The position numbers were made by a program, and so were the translations under genes. The notes beneath the pieces are model-generated. The model saw only the letters and a list, made by a program, of their open reading frames with translations, had not been told where the DNA came from and searched no databases. Positions 1-8,812 of a DNA stretch of 64,000 nucleotides are shown one piece after another. Every line of letters starts with the position of its first letter. The stretch's first letter is position 1. The stretch is from an uncultured Candidatus Rokubacteria bacterium (GTDB lineage: Bacteria; Methylomirabilota; Methylomirabilia; Rokubacteriales; DASRDR01), in assembly GCA_963749975.1 (NCBI GenBank), contig CAVVOZ010000014.1, positions 961 to 64,960 of the forward strand, read 5' to 3'.

Positions 1-605
1 AGCGCATTGCGATCGTCGGGATGAGCAACCGCGAGCCATAGATCGGGATCGGCATAGAGCTCCGATAGCGAACGCTGGAATATCGATTCCGCGGCCGGAT
101 TGATGTAGATGAGCGCATAGGGGGATATCGAGATCGACCATACCACTGCTGTGAGTGAGCTCACGATACTGTCGATGCGCTGCCTCGCGCCCGCCAATTC
201 CTGTTCTGCTTTGCGGCGCGCCCTGCGCTCTTCCTCCTCGGCAATCGCGCGTCTGACCACAGGCACGAGTCGCTCGAGCCGATTCTTCAAGACATAGTCG
301 GTCGCACCGCGCCGAATGGCCTCGACCGCGCGCTCTTCGCCGATGGTGCCCGACACGAAGATGAACGGGACGTCGGGTGCGTTGTGCCGGGCGAGGTTGG
401 AGTGCCGACAAGCCATCGAAGGCAGGCAGCGTGAAATCGCACAGGATGTGTCCGGCGAAAAGGTGTGCAGGGCTTTGAGATATTCTTCGCGCACATGCAC
501 CCGCATGTGCCGAAACGCGAGTCCGGCGCGCGAGAGCTCGCGGACCGCAAGCTCTGCATCTTCGGCGGCATCTTCGAGCATGAGAATTCGCAGCTCGCGT
601 GTCAT
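1..605 (-). CDS. Response-regulator receiver + PAS domain signalling protein (3' part runs off window)
   Basis: Manual translation from ATG 605 (RBS GGAGG): MTRELRILMLED...PFIFVSGTIGEERAVEAIRRGATDYVLKNRL...YINPAAESIF...HPDD. A compensating -1/+1 indel pair near 450/397 hides ILCDFTLPAFDGLSAL in another frame. Confidence 0.8.
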   Translation of the reverse strand, partial: MTRELRILMLEDAAEDAELAVRELSRAGLAFRHMRVHVREEYLKALHTFSPDTSCAISRCLPSMACRHSNLARHNAPDVPFIFVSGTIGEERAVEAIRRGATDYVLKNRLERLVPVVRRAIAEEEERRARRKAEQELAGARQRIDSIVSSLTAVVWSISISPYALIYINPAAESIFQRSLSELYADPDLWLAVAHPDDRNA

Positions 606-1001
606 GGCGAGAACCTCCTGAAGGTCAACCTGCTGGCGCGCCGCGGCGAAGCGATCGCGACATTCCCCGGAGTAATCAAGCCGCCTGCTGCAAAAGCCAT
701 GAGGCGCTATTTTGTCCGGCTGCCCCCCAGACCGTCGGTCCGTTCCCAATGGCGATGGGTGCAGCACATCTATGTTGATCGATCGATTTGCGCAAAGTTC
801 TGCCGTGCACAATATTGGGTCATCATGCGGCAAGCCTTGCCGGATTCCGTCTGAATATGTCAGTGTGGTTACCGTAACGCACGGGTGAGCGTGTAGCGAC
901 TCCGCTGAGAGTCGCCTAGGGGCTGGAGGGCCCGAAGGCTTTGCGTGCTCCTGGTACGGAGGATGTTCGAGCCGGCAGCTGCTTTAGAACCTGGCTACAG
1001 T

Positions 1002-2425
1002 TCACCGACCCAGCGGCGGGTCCCCGAGCACCTCGCGTGCGGTGCCGAGCACGCGTTCGGCGGCTCGTGCGATTCCGAGCAGCACATCGTCCGTCCCGCG
1101 CGCGCTCGAGAGCTGCAGCCCGATCGGCAGCCGCTCGGGTCCTTGCCGACCGGCAGGGTGATCGACGGGAAGTCCCAGAAGTTCATGAGCATCAGGTTGC
1201 GGCCGATCGCCATAGTCCGACTGCGAATAGCCTTCTTCCAGGGCCTGGACCTCCTCGGCCGCGCGGTGCTGTAAGCCGTGTGGTCGGCGTCGCGTATCAC
1301 ATCCAAGCCCTCGAGCGCGCGTGCGCCCGAAGCCGTGCCGGCTCGATCTCCCGCAAGCGTTTCAGATACTCCTGAGTATCGATCGCCCCGTAGGTCGCCA
1401 GCCTCGACCACACGGTCGGATCCAGAGCTGTCGATCCACTCGGGAAACTCGCTGCGCGACCAGCGCGTACCCTTCGGGCACGCCAACCCCGCCGTTGGCC
1501 ATCCACTGCGCGCCTCCGTGGCCTCGGGGAAGACAGTGGGCGACCAGCACGGCACCCTTGCTTTCGAGCAGCCTGAAGGGCCCGACGAACCGTTTCGACG
1601 ATACCCGGTCCACATTCGTCGAAGAAGTGATGCTCGGGTATACCGATCCTCAGGCCCGTGAGCGTGCGGCCGCGGTGCTTCCCAGCAGTTCCGGTACGAC
1701 GATGCGATGCGGATCGATCGCGGCAAAACCGACAATCAAATCCTCGACCGAGCGAGCGAGGAGACCGGTCGTGTCGAGGGTGGGGGATAAGCGGCGGTGC
1801 ACCCCCTGTCGGCCACCGGCCAATGGAGGTGCGCAGGCCCACTGTCCCGTGAAAGCAGCGGGGGCGCGAACCGACCCACCCGCGTCGCTCCCGAGCGCCC
1901 ACAGGCAACTGCCCTCCCACAAGGAGACGCCCGCGCCGGAGCTGGAGCCACCGCTCATGCGGTGAGAAGAAGCATCCCAGGGGTTGCGGGGCGCGCCCCA
2001 GTGCTTGTTGACCCCGATGACGCCAAAGCGAAGGGCACCGTGTGCGACTTGCCGGGGAAGACGCACAGTTGGCGTCGCAAGCTCCCGACGACTACGGTCC
2101 TTCCGTTTCGTACTTCGCCGGCAGCGCTCGAGACGTGCCGCAATAGATCGGCGTGCCGCGCAGACCCGAATACATCCTTGATCGACATCGGCAGGCCTTG
2201 GGCTGGCCCGAGTCCGCGCCGACTTTGAACGCCGCGTCGGCGGCTTGAGCCTGTGCGCGGGCTGTGGGCCCCAACCACAGCTTGTAGGCGTTCAACGCAT
2301 CGCCGTAGCGTCGATGCCGCTGCGTCTGCGCCTCATCGAACAGGAGATCGGCGGCACGGACGGCGCCCTCGCGAAGAGCGGTAATGAGCCTCGAGCGCGG
2401 AGCTGGTGAAAATGCTGATGTTCAG
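1002..2425 (-). pseudogene. Amidase-signature family protein (GatA-like), multiply frameshifted
   Basis: Motifs spread across frames: GLPMSIKDVF, GKSHTVPFA, NPWD..GGSSSGAG..ALGSDAGGSVRAPA, SPTLDTTGLLARSVED, NFWDFPSITLP. The 5' limit is approximate. Confidence 0.8.
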
Positions 2426-2427
2426 GC

Positions 2428-2462
2428 CGCCCCCTCTCCCCGACCCTCTCCCGCGAGGGGAG
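2428..2462. repeat. REP-like palindromic element (CCCTCTCCC...GGGAGAGGG family) interrupted by IS110
   Basis: ccccctctccccgaccctctcccgcgaggggag. Joining to the flank beyond 3688 restores the hairpin ccctctccc-gcgag-gggagaggg. Confidence 0.75.
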
Positions 2463-2479
2463 AGCAACCGTGTTAGCTG

Positions 2480-3433
2480 TCAAGCGCCTTGGGGATTCCA
2501 ACGGGTGCTGGTTTTGATCATGGCGTTCATGATCGTAAGCAGCTTGCGCATGCAAGCGACGATCACTACCTTTGGCGCCTTGCCGGTGCTCTTGAGGCTG
2601 GCAGCGAAAGCCTTGATCACCGGATTGCAGCGTATCGCGCTCACCGTGGCCATGTACAACACGCTGCGCACGTCAGCGCGCCCACCCCAGATGTGGCGCT
2701 GCCCGCGGTACTTCCCGCTATCATTGTTCAGAGGAGCGATGCCCACCAGTTTGGCGATCTCGCGACGGCTCAGCCGCCCGATCTCAGGGCAGCGGCTGAG
2801 CATAGAGCGGCTGGTAATCTCGCCCACCCCAGGAATGCTCAGCAACAGATCGTCTTTGACCCGCCACGCATCCGAGCTACGCAAGCGTGTACCCAGATCG
2901 ATCTCGATCGACTTGATGCGCTTGTCAAGCCATCCGATGTGCGCCTTCACGCTCTTGGCCTGCACCTTGGAGGCCCCTTGAAGGCGCAGAGTCTCTTGCA
3001 CCCGCATCTCAACGAGCTGACGACGACGAGTCACCAGATCATCGAGCTCCTGAGTCAACGCCTCTTTCATCGGGCGCGCCGCGGGGCGGATCGCCCGCCC
3101 AAAGCCGCACAGCACGTGCGTATCGATGCGATCGGTCTTGGCCAACTGCCCGCTGGCTTTGGCGAAATCACGCACTTGGCGCGGGTTGACTACCGCCAGA
3201 CACAGCCCTCGCGCCGCCAGCTCGCCCGCCGCGCGTGTCTCCAGTCCTCCGGTGGCCTCCATCACAATCAGTGTGGGCGCAAGCTCGCTCACACGCGAGC
3301 ACAGCGCTTTGATGCCCTCATCGTCATTGCCAACCTGAAACGATTCCCCCGGCGGCTCGATTCGTACATCGAGCGTGTCCTTGGAGACATCTACGCCAAC
3401 AAACACTTCTACTTTGCTCTCGCTCATACCCAT
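2480..3433 (-). CDS. IS110 family recombinase/transposase (DEDD RuvC + Tnp domain)
   Basis: VGVDVSK, MEATG, AKTDRID, SIPGVG, SGKYRG motifs; 317 aa and intact. Confidence 0.97.
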   Translation of the reverse strand: MGMSESKVEVFVGVDVSKDTLDVRIEPPGESFQVGNDDEGIKALCSRVSELAPTLIVMEATGGLETRAAGELAARGLCLAVVNPRQVRDFAKASGQLAKTDRIDTHVLCGFGRAIRPAARPMKEALTQELDDLVTRRRQLVEMRVQETLRLQGASKVQAKSVKAHIGWLDKRIKSIEIDLGTRLRSSDAWRVKDDLLLSIPGVGEITSRSMLSRCPEIGRLSRREIAKLVGIAPLNNDSGKYRGQRHIWGGRADVRSVLYMATVSAIRCNPVIKAFAASLKSTGKAPKVVIVACMRKLLTIMNAMIKTSTRWNPQGA

Positions 3434-3585
3434 CCTTGCATCAATGCGGGCTCAAGGCCCAAGCAACCGTTCGGGTTGAAAGTGAGACTGGGCGCATCGC
3501 GACCTGCTCTCCCACGGGCTTGGTGTCCCCAGGGGGTATCGTGCTGATGCGCCCAAACCTTTGTGAGGCCATGGCTTCATGAACA
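3434..3585 (-). ncRNA. Bridge RNA of the IS110 element
   Basis: 5' hairpin (3564-3579). Target-binding loop closed by gggcgcatc/gatgcgccc (3490-3498/3546-3554) with guides ATACCCCCT and GGGAGAG. Donor-binding loop with guides ACGGTTGCT (3462-3470) and ATGCAAG (3435-3441) matching the IS ends. 5' end approximate. Confidence 0.85.
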
Positions 3586-3736
3586 ATTCGCTTCCAGCAA
3601 ACTGCTCGTCGACCACTATGCTCGCCGTTGTCTGCAAGCTCCATCGCCTCGTTATCTATCATGGTCCCCACGCCAATCAATATACAAGGGGAGCACATTC
3701 ACCTGCATGGTCACCCTCTGTCGGCGAGGCGGCGCA

Positions 3737-4381
3737 TCAATGCCGGACCTCATCCAGAAACCGCACCACATGCGAATTGAACGCGTCGGGCGCTTCGAGA
3801 TTGCTCAGATGTCCCACGCCCGGCAGCACCACGCTGCGTGCGCCGGGAATGGTGCGCGCCATGAACTCGTGCACTTTCACACACGGTGCATCGTGTTCGC
3901 CGACGATGAGCAGCGTTGGAACGCGCATCTCGCGCAGCTTCTGCTCGAGCGAATAGATCGTCGGCCGCTTCGCCAGCACTTCGCGCGCGGTATGCATGAT
4001 GCCGCGCGCGCGGTGCGTCATCAGGCACGAGCGAATGAAGCGTTCGCGGTCTGGACCCTGCTGGATGTAGCTCGCGAACAGCGGATTGGCGCAGGCCAGA
4101 TCGGCGAATGCTTCGACGCCGCCGCGCTCGGCGGCATCTGCGTAGCGATGCGCGCCGGCCACCCAGTCGGCTGTGTTGTCGGATCCGGCACCGGTGTCCG
4201 CGATGATCAGAGCCGACACGCGCTCGCGATTCTCCAATGCAAAATTCAGCGCGATGTTGCCGCCCATGGAGAGCCCGCCCAGTGCCGCGCGCTCGATCCG
4301 CAGATGATCCAGCAGTCCGGCGAGATCCGCTACCGCGATCGGCTGCGAATAAGCGCTCGGTTCCTCCGGCGCTTCCGTTAC
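3737..4381 (-). pseudogene. Alpha/beta hydrolase, N-terminus missing
   Basis: GLSMGG nucleophile elbow, PTLLIVGEHD, GHLSNLE. Homology stops abruptly upstream of TEAPEEPSAYS and there is no HG or D.RG.G motif. Confidence 0.8.
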
Positions 4382-4562
4382 GGGCTCCCCGCTGCTCGCG
4401 GCGCCGGGGCCAAGGCGGCTCCTGCGAGCGCTCGGAATGGGTCGCCCGGCCCTCCGCGCTCCCGCCTCTTGACAAGGCTCTCCGTGCGGGTTTCCCTCGT
4501 CTCGGCGCCCGGACGGGCGCCTCGCAGACCCAGACGGTCCAATTGTTGCTGGAGGAGCGCGC

Positions 4563-6503
4563 ATGACGCCCGCGATCGACGTGCACACCCACATGTTGAA
4601 CCGTGACTGGCTGGAGCTGCTGCGCGCCCACGGCCGGCCCCGCTACGAGCTCCGGAAGAGCCTGGATGCGCCCGAGGGCATCTTTCTCGACGGCGCCCCC
4701 TTCATGACGCCTCAGCCGGGACACTTCGACTACCCGTATCGCATCCGCCAGATGGACGAGGCGGGCGTCGACCTGGCGATCGTCTCCCTGACGTGCCCGA
4801 ACGTGTACTGGGGCGGCCGCGACGTGAGCCTCAAGGCCGCGCAGGTCGTCAACGACGACATGGCAGGCGCTCAGCTCGCGTATCCGTCGCGCATTCGCTG
4901 GCTCTGCTCGCTCCCCTGGGAGCACCCCGAGGTGGCCGTGCCCGAGCTGGCGCGAGCCTGTGACCGGGGTGCGGTGGGCGTCATGGTGCTGGCGAACATC
5001 GCCGGCCGGCCCCTCACCGACCCGCTGTTCGGGCCGGTGTGGGCGGAGATCGACCGGCGCGCGCTCCCGGTCCTGGTGCATCCGACGGCGCCGCCGGGAA
5101 CGCCCGACATGGCACTCAGGGAGTTCAACCTGATCGCGAGCATCGGTTTCATGTTCGACACCAGCCTCGCGATCGCGCGTCTCATGTTCGACGGCTTCCT
5201 GGACCGCTACCCTGACGTGAAGCTGATCGTCTCGCACGCGGGCGGAGCCCTCCCGTACCTCGTCGGGCGACTCGATCAGTGCTTCGACAAGATGAACGCC
5301 GCCCGGACGAAGACGTCGACGCCTCCGGGCGAGTACATGCGGCGGCTCTACTACGACTCCGTCACGTACCGGTCGGACGCCCTTGCCATGTGCATCGACG
5401 TCGGCGGGGCCGATCGCGTGCTCTACGGCTCCGACTATCCCCACAACATCGGAGACATGAAGGGCTGCCTGGCCCGGGTGGACGCGCTGCCGGCCGGGCA
5501 GCGGGACGCCGTCCGCGGCCGCAACGCCCAGCGGCTGTTCGGCTCTGTAGGCTCGCCGGCCCCGACCCCCGTGCGAGTGCTCGTGATGGGCGCCGGCGCC
5601 GTGGGTGGCTTCTACGGCGCGGCGCTCGCCGAGCGCGGCCATGCGGTCACGTTCGTCGCCCGCGGCGAGCACCTCGACGCGCTGCGAGCGCGCGGTCTCA
5701 CGATCCGGAGCGGGGGCCGCTCGACGGTCCTCCACCCGGTCCACGCCGTCGCCGACCCGGCCGAGGTGGGCGACCGATTCGACCTCGTGCTGTTCACCGT
5801 CAAGGGATACGACACGGAGCCGGCGGCCCTCGGCCTCCGGCCGGCGGTGAGCGCAGAGACCACCGTCCTCACGCTCCAGAATGGGGTCGAGAGCGGGGAC
5901 CGTCTGGGCGCCGTGCTCGGGGCGGATCGGGTCCTGGTCGGGACGACGCTGATCGCGACGACCATCGCCGAGCCGGGAGTCATCGATCAGACGAACCCCA
6001 TCCGGCGTATCGAGCTCGGCGAGCCGTCCGGCGAGGTCACCCCGCGCCTGGAGTCGGTCGCGGCCGCCCTCAGGGACGCCGGAGTCGAGGTCCGCGTGAC
6101 GACCGACGTCCGCCGGGCGGTCTGGGAGAAGTTCATCCGCCTGGCGCCCGGCGCGACGCTCGCGACCGCGTGCCGGGCGACGATCGGCCAGGTCCGGAGC
6201 AGCCCGGAAGGCGCCGCGCTCTACCGCGCCCTCATCGCCGAGACCGTCGCCGTCGGCCGGGGGGCCGGCGCGACCCTCCCCGCCGACGCCGTCGAGACCG
6301 CCGTCGCCCTGATCCAGACTCTCCCCGCCGACATGAGGACCTCGATGCAGCTCGATTTCGAGCGCCGTCGGCGGGTCGAGCTGGAGGAGATCACCGGCGC
6401 TGTCGTCCGACTGGGACGCCGACTGGGCGTGTCCACGCCCACCTACGACGTCGTCTACGCTGTCCTCCGGGTTCGGGCCGCGGCCTTCGGCGGTCTGGGT
6501 TGA
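4563..6503 (+). CDS. Amidohydrolase_2 (ACMSD-like; ~4563-5550) read in frame with 2-dehydropantoate 2-reductase PanE/ApbA (~5571-6503)
   Basis: IDVHTH, VHP, SHAGG, GSDYPH, then GAGAVG, LFTVKGYD, LQNG, WEKF, TSMQLD, ELEEI. RBS GGAGGAG. Confidence 0.85.
   Translation: MTPAIDVHTHMLNRDWLELLRAHGRPRYELRKSLDAPEGIFLDGAPFMTPQPGHFDYPYRIRQMDEAGVDLAIVSLTCPNVYWGGRDVSLKAAQVVNDDMAGAQLAYPSRIRWLCSLPWEHPEVAVPELARACDRGAVGVMVLANIAGRPLTDPLFGPVWAEIDRRALPVLVHPTAPPGTPDMALREFNLIASIGFMFDTSLAIARLMFDGFLDRYPDVKLIVSHAGGALPYLVGRLDQCFDKMNAARTKTSTPPGEYMRRLYYDSVTYRSDALAMCIDVGGADRVLYGSDYPHNIGDMKGCLARVDALPAGQRDAVRGRNAQRLFGSVGSPAPTPVRVLVMGAGAVGGFYGAALAERGHAVTFVARGEHLDALRARGLTIRSGGRSTVLHPVHAVADPAEVGDRFDLVLFTVKGYDTEPAALGLRPAVSAETTVLTLQNGVESGDRLGAVLGADRVLVGTTLIATTIAEPGVIDQTNPIRRIELGEPSGEVTPRLESVAAALRDAGVEVRVTTDVRRAVWEKFIRLAPGATLATACRATIGQVRSSPEGAALYRALIAETVAVGRGAGATLPADAVETAVALIQTLPADMRTSMQLDFERRRRVELEEITGAVVRLGRRLGVSTPTYDVVYAVLRVRAAAFGGLG
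6111..6503 (+). repeat. Copy 1 of a 393-bp diverged direct repeat (3' end of panE-like gene)
   Basis: Aligns by eye without gaps to 7670-8062. Confidence 0.85.
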
Positions 6504-6825
6504 CGAAAGGGCGCGGCCCTAGATGGTGGTCCGTCTGGGCATCGACGTTCCGAGTGCGCGGACGAACGCCTCGGCAGGTGACCCACCGAGGCGTTCTGCG
6601 CCCGACGTGGCATGACGCCAACCCCGGCCCGTGCATCTGCAAAAGCCTTGCGGAGTTCGTTCCGGCCCCGGAGCTTCGTCGCCGGGGTTGACCGGCGAGC
6701 TCCCCTCGGGCTTCTCTACCTCACCGTGCGATAGGTCTGCTCGACTTGCGCTTGCTCGCCCGGCGGCCACCGCGTGGCGCGTTACCCAGACCCCTGTTCC
6801 CCCGCTTCCCTTCGATCCTCGCACT

Positions 6826-7236
6826 CTACGGCGTGGGGATGTTCCCGCAGAAGACGTAGGTCTTCGCTTCCTGAGCGGACTTGTGGCCGTTGATCGCGAA
6901 CGCTCCGGTCTGGAGGGTATTCAGTGGCACGTCGATCGTGGTTTCCGACTTGCCGTCGGTCAGGGTCGTGAGTCCGTAGGCCGGCTTGGGGTCGAGCTGG
7001 GCGCAGGTGCCCTTGTGAACGTGCAAGGGCTGGGGCACCCCTTTCGGCGCCCCGTTGATTTCCACTAGCACCTTCGTCTTCGTCCCGTCCGCCGTGAGTG
7101 TGGCGTTTCCCGACTCATCCGAGCTGTTCATGGGAGTCAGCTTGACGATGACCGGGCCCGCGGCTTCCGCGCGGCCCGCTCCGGCGACTCCCAGCATTCC
7201 GACCAGTGCCAGTGCGAGACCGAAATAGCGATTCAT
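6826..7236 (-). CDS. Secreted Cu/Zn-SOD/CHRD-like small protein
   Basis: Signal peptide, PQPLHVHKGTC, AINGHKS, CGNIP; RBS AGGAGG. Confidence 0.75.
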   Translation of the reverse strand: MNRYFGLALALVGMLGVAGAGRAEAAGPVIVKLTPMNSSDESGNATLTADGTKTKVLVEINGAPKGVPQPLHVHKGTCAQLDPKPAYGLTTLTDGKSETTIDVPLNTLQTGAFAINGHKSAQEAKTYVFCGNIPTP

Positions 7237-7450
7237 GGTCTTCCTCCTGTTCGACGTGTGTGTAGTCCCTCGGCCCTCGCCGCCTGCCTGGCCAGCAAGG
7301 ACGCTTCGTTCCGGCCGGCGAGCGCGCTAGCCGCCGTCACGCTCCGTCGGCCGCTTCCCGGGAAGAGCGCGGCCAGCCACTGGGCGATGTCGTCGACGGT
7401 TACGATCCCGACGGGATCCCGGTCCCCCATCGACGAGGGGACAGTGCGAC
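7233..7450 (-). pseudogene. CBS-domain fragment
   Basis: PVGIVTVDDIAQWLA resembles the C-terminal CBS motif; no convincing upstream part. Confidence 0.4.
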
Positions 7451-7669
7451 AGCTCATCGCCATTATTGGAGCAAGGGCTGTGCCGGAGGTCAAGCGGGGA
7501 GGCGAAGACATTGGACGCCACATCGCCCACGACACCCCGGCGCCTGAACGACGCCGTGACGGGGTCCAGAGTCAGCAGGACGGGCATCAGTGATTGAATC
7601 GAGGGCACGGGAGATCGAGAGAGAGCCACGCGCATGGATTGTCCGCAGTGTATGGTGGGCCCGTCCTCG

Positions 7670-8062
7670 CGCCGGGCGGTCTGGGAGAAGTTCGTCCGTC
7701 TCGCGCCGGGCGCGACCCTCGCGACCGCGTGCTGCGCGACGATCGGCCAGGTCCGGAGCACGTCGGAAGGCGCCTCCCTCTACCGGGCCCTCATCGCCGA
7801 GACCGTCGCCGTCGGTCGGGCGGCGGGCGCGGACCCGCCGCCCGATGCCGTCGAGACCGCCGTCCGTCTGATCCAGACGCTTCCCGCCGACATGAGGACC
7901 TCGATGCAGCTCGACTTCGAGCGGCGCCGCCGCGTCGAGCTGGAGGAGGTCACCGGCGCAGTCGTCAGTCTGGGCCGACGCCTGGGCGTGCCCACGCCCG
8001 TCTACGACCTCATCTATGCCGTTCCGCGGGTGCGCGCCACGACCTTCGGCGGACTGGGCTGA
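7670..8062 (+). pseudogene. Duplicated 3' third of the panE-like gene (repeat copy 2)
   Basis: RRAVWEKFVRLAPGATLAT...FGGLG closely matches the end of the 4563-6503 product; lacks the Rossmann domain. Confidence 0.85.
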
Positions 8063-8074
8063 GTCCCAGGCCCC

Positions 8075-8812
8075 TCACTCGGTGAGCAGGCGGTAGCCGA
8101 CCCCCGGCTCGGTCCGGAGCAAGCGCGGGCGCGCCGGATCCGCTTCGAGCTTCCGGCGGAGGTTCGCCATGTACACCCGGAGGTAGTGCGTCTGCTCGAC
8201 CTGACCGGGCCCCCAGACTTCCTTGAGGAGCTGCCGGTGCGTCAGCACTTTCCCGGCGTGGCGGACCAGGACGGCCAAAAGGCGGTATTCGATGGGCGTG
8301 AGACGCACTTCGGCCTCGCCGAGCCAGACCCTTCGCCGCGCCAGGTCAACGCGGAGGTCCCCGGCTTCAAAGGTGGGCTCGCCGGGCTCGCGCCCCAGGG
8401 TGGCGTGCCGCAGGGCGACCCGCGCGCGCGCGAGGAGCTCGCCCACGGCGAAGGGCTTCGCCACGTAGTCGTCCGCGCCGGCGTCGAGCGCGGCTACCTT
8501 GTCCGCTTCCGCCCCCCGGGCGGAGAGGACGATGATCGGAACCGTCGTCCACTCGCGCAACCGGCGGATGACCTGGACGCCGTCCAGGTCGGGAAGCCCG
8601 AGGTCGAGGATGACGAGGTCGGGCTGCCGCGTCGCGGCCTGGAGCAGGCCGTCCTCCCCGGTCTCGGCCTCGACGATGCGATAGCCCTGGCTTGTCAGGG
8701 TGGGGCGGAGGAAGCGTCGGATCGGCGGCTCGTCCTCGATCACCAGCACCACCGGTCCGGGTGTCGGCGAAGGCGAGGGCTCGGGCTCGCGGCCAGTCTC
8801 GGTCTCAGCCAT
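8075..8812 (-). CDS. kdpE: KDP operon response regulator KdpE
   Basis: VLVIEDEPPIRRFL, LDLGLPD, THYLRVYMANLRRKLE, TEPGVGYR; ATG 8812 overlaps the kdpD end. Confidence 0.95.
   Translation of the reverse strand: MAETETGREPEPSPSPTPGPVVLVIEDEPPIRRFLRPTLTSQGYRIVEAETGEDGLLQAATRQPDLVILDLGLPDLDGVQVIRRLREWTTVPIIVLSARGAEADKVAALDAGADDYVAKPFAVGELLARARVALRHATLGREPGEPTFEAGDLRVDLARRRVWLGEAEVRLTPIEYRLLAVLVRHAGKVLTHRQLLKEVWGPGQVEQTHYLRVYMANLRRKLEADPARPRLLRTEPGVGYRLLTE

Larger units (their letters stand above)
2463..3688 (-). mobile_element. Complete IS110-family (IS621-like) insertion sequence
   Basis: CT core at both ends (plus AG 2463-2464 and 3687-3688). Right end TTGACA..ACGGTTG, left end TGTATATT, recombinase ORF, 5' non-coding region with bridge RNA. 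No terminal IRs. Confidence 0.9.

Noticed and set aside
6504-6825. Structured RNA in the intergenic region
   Set aside because: Only generic GC-rich stems; no family signature recognised.
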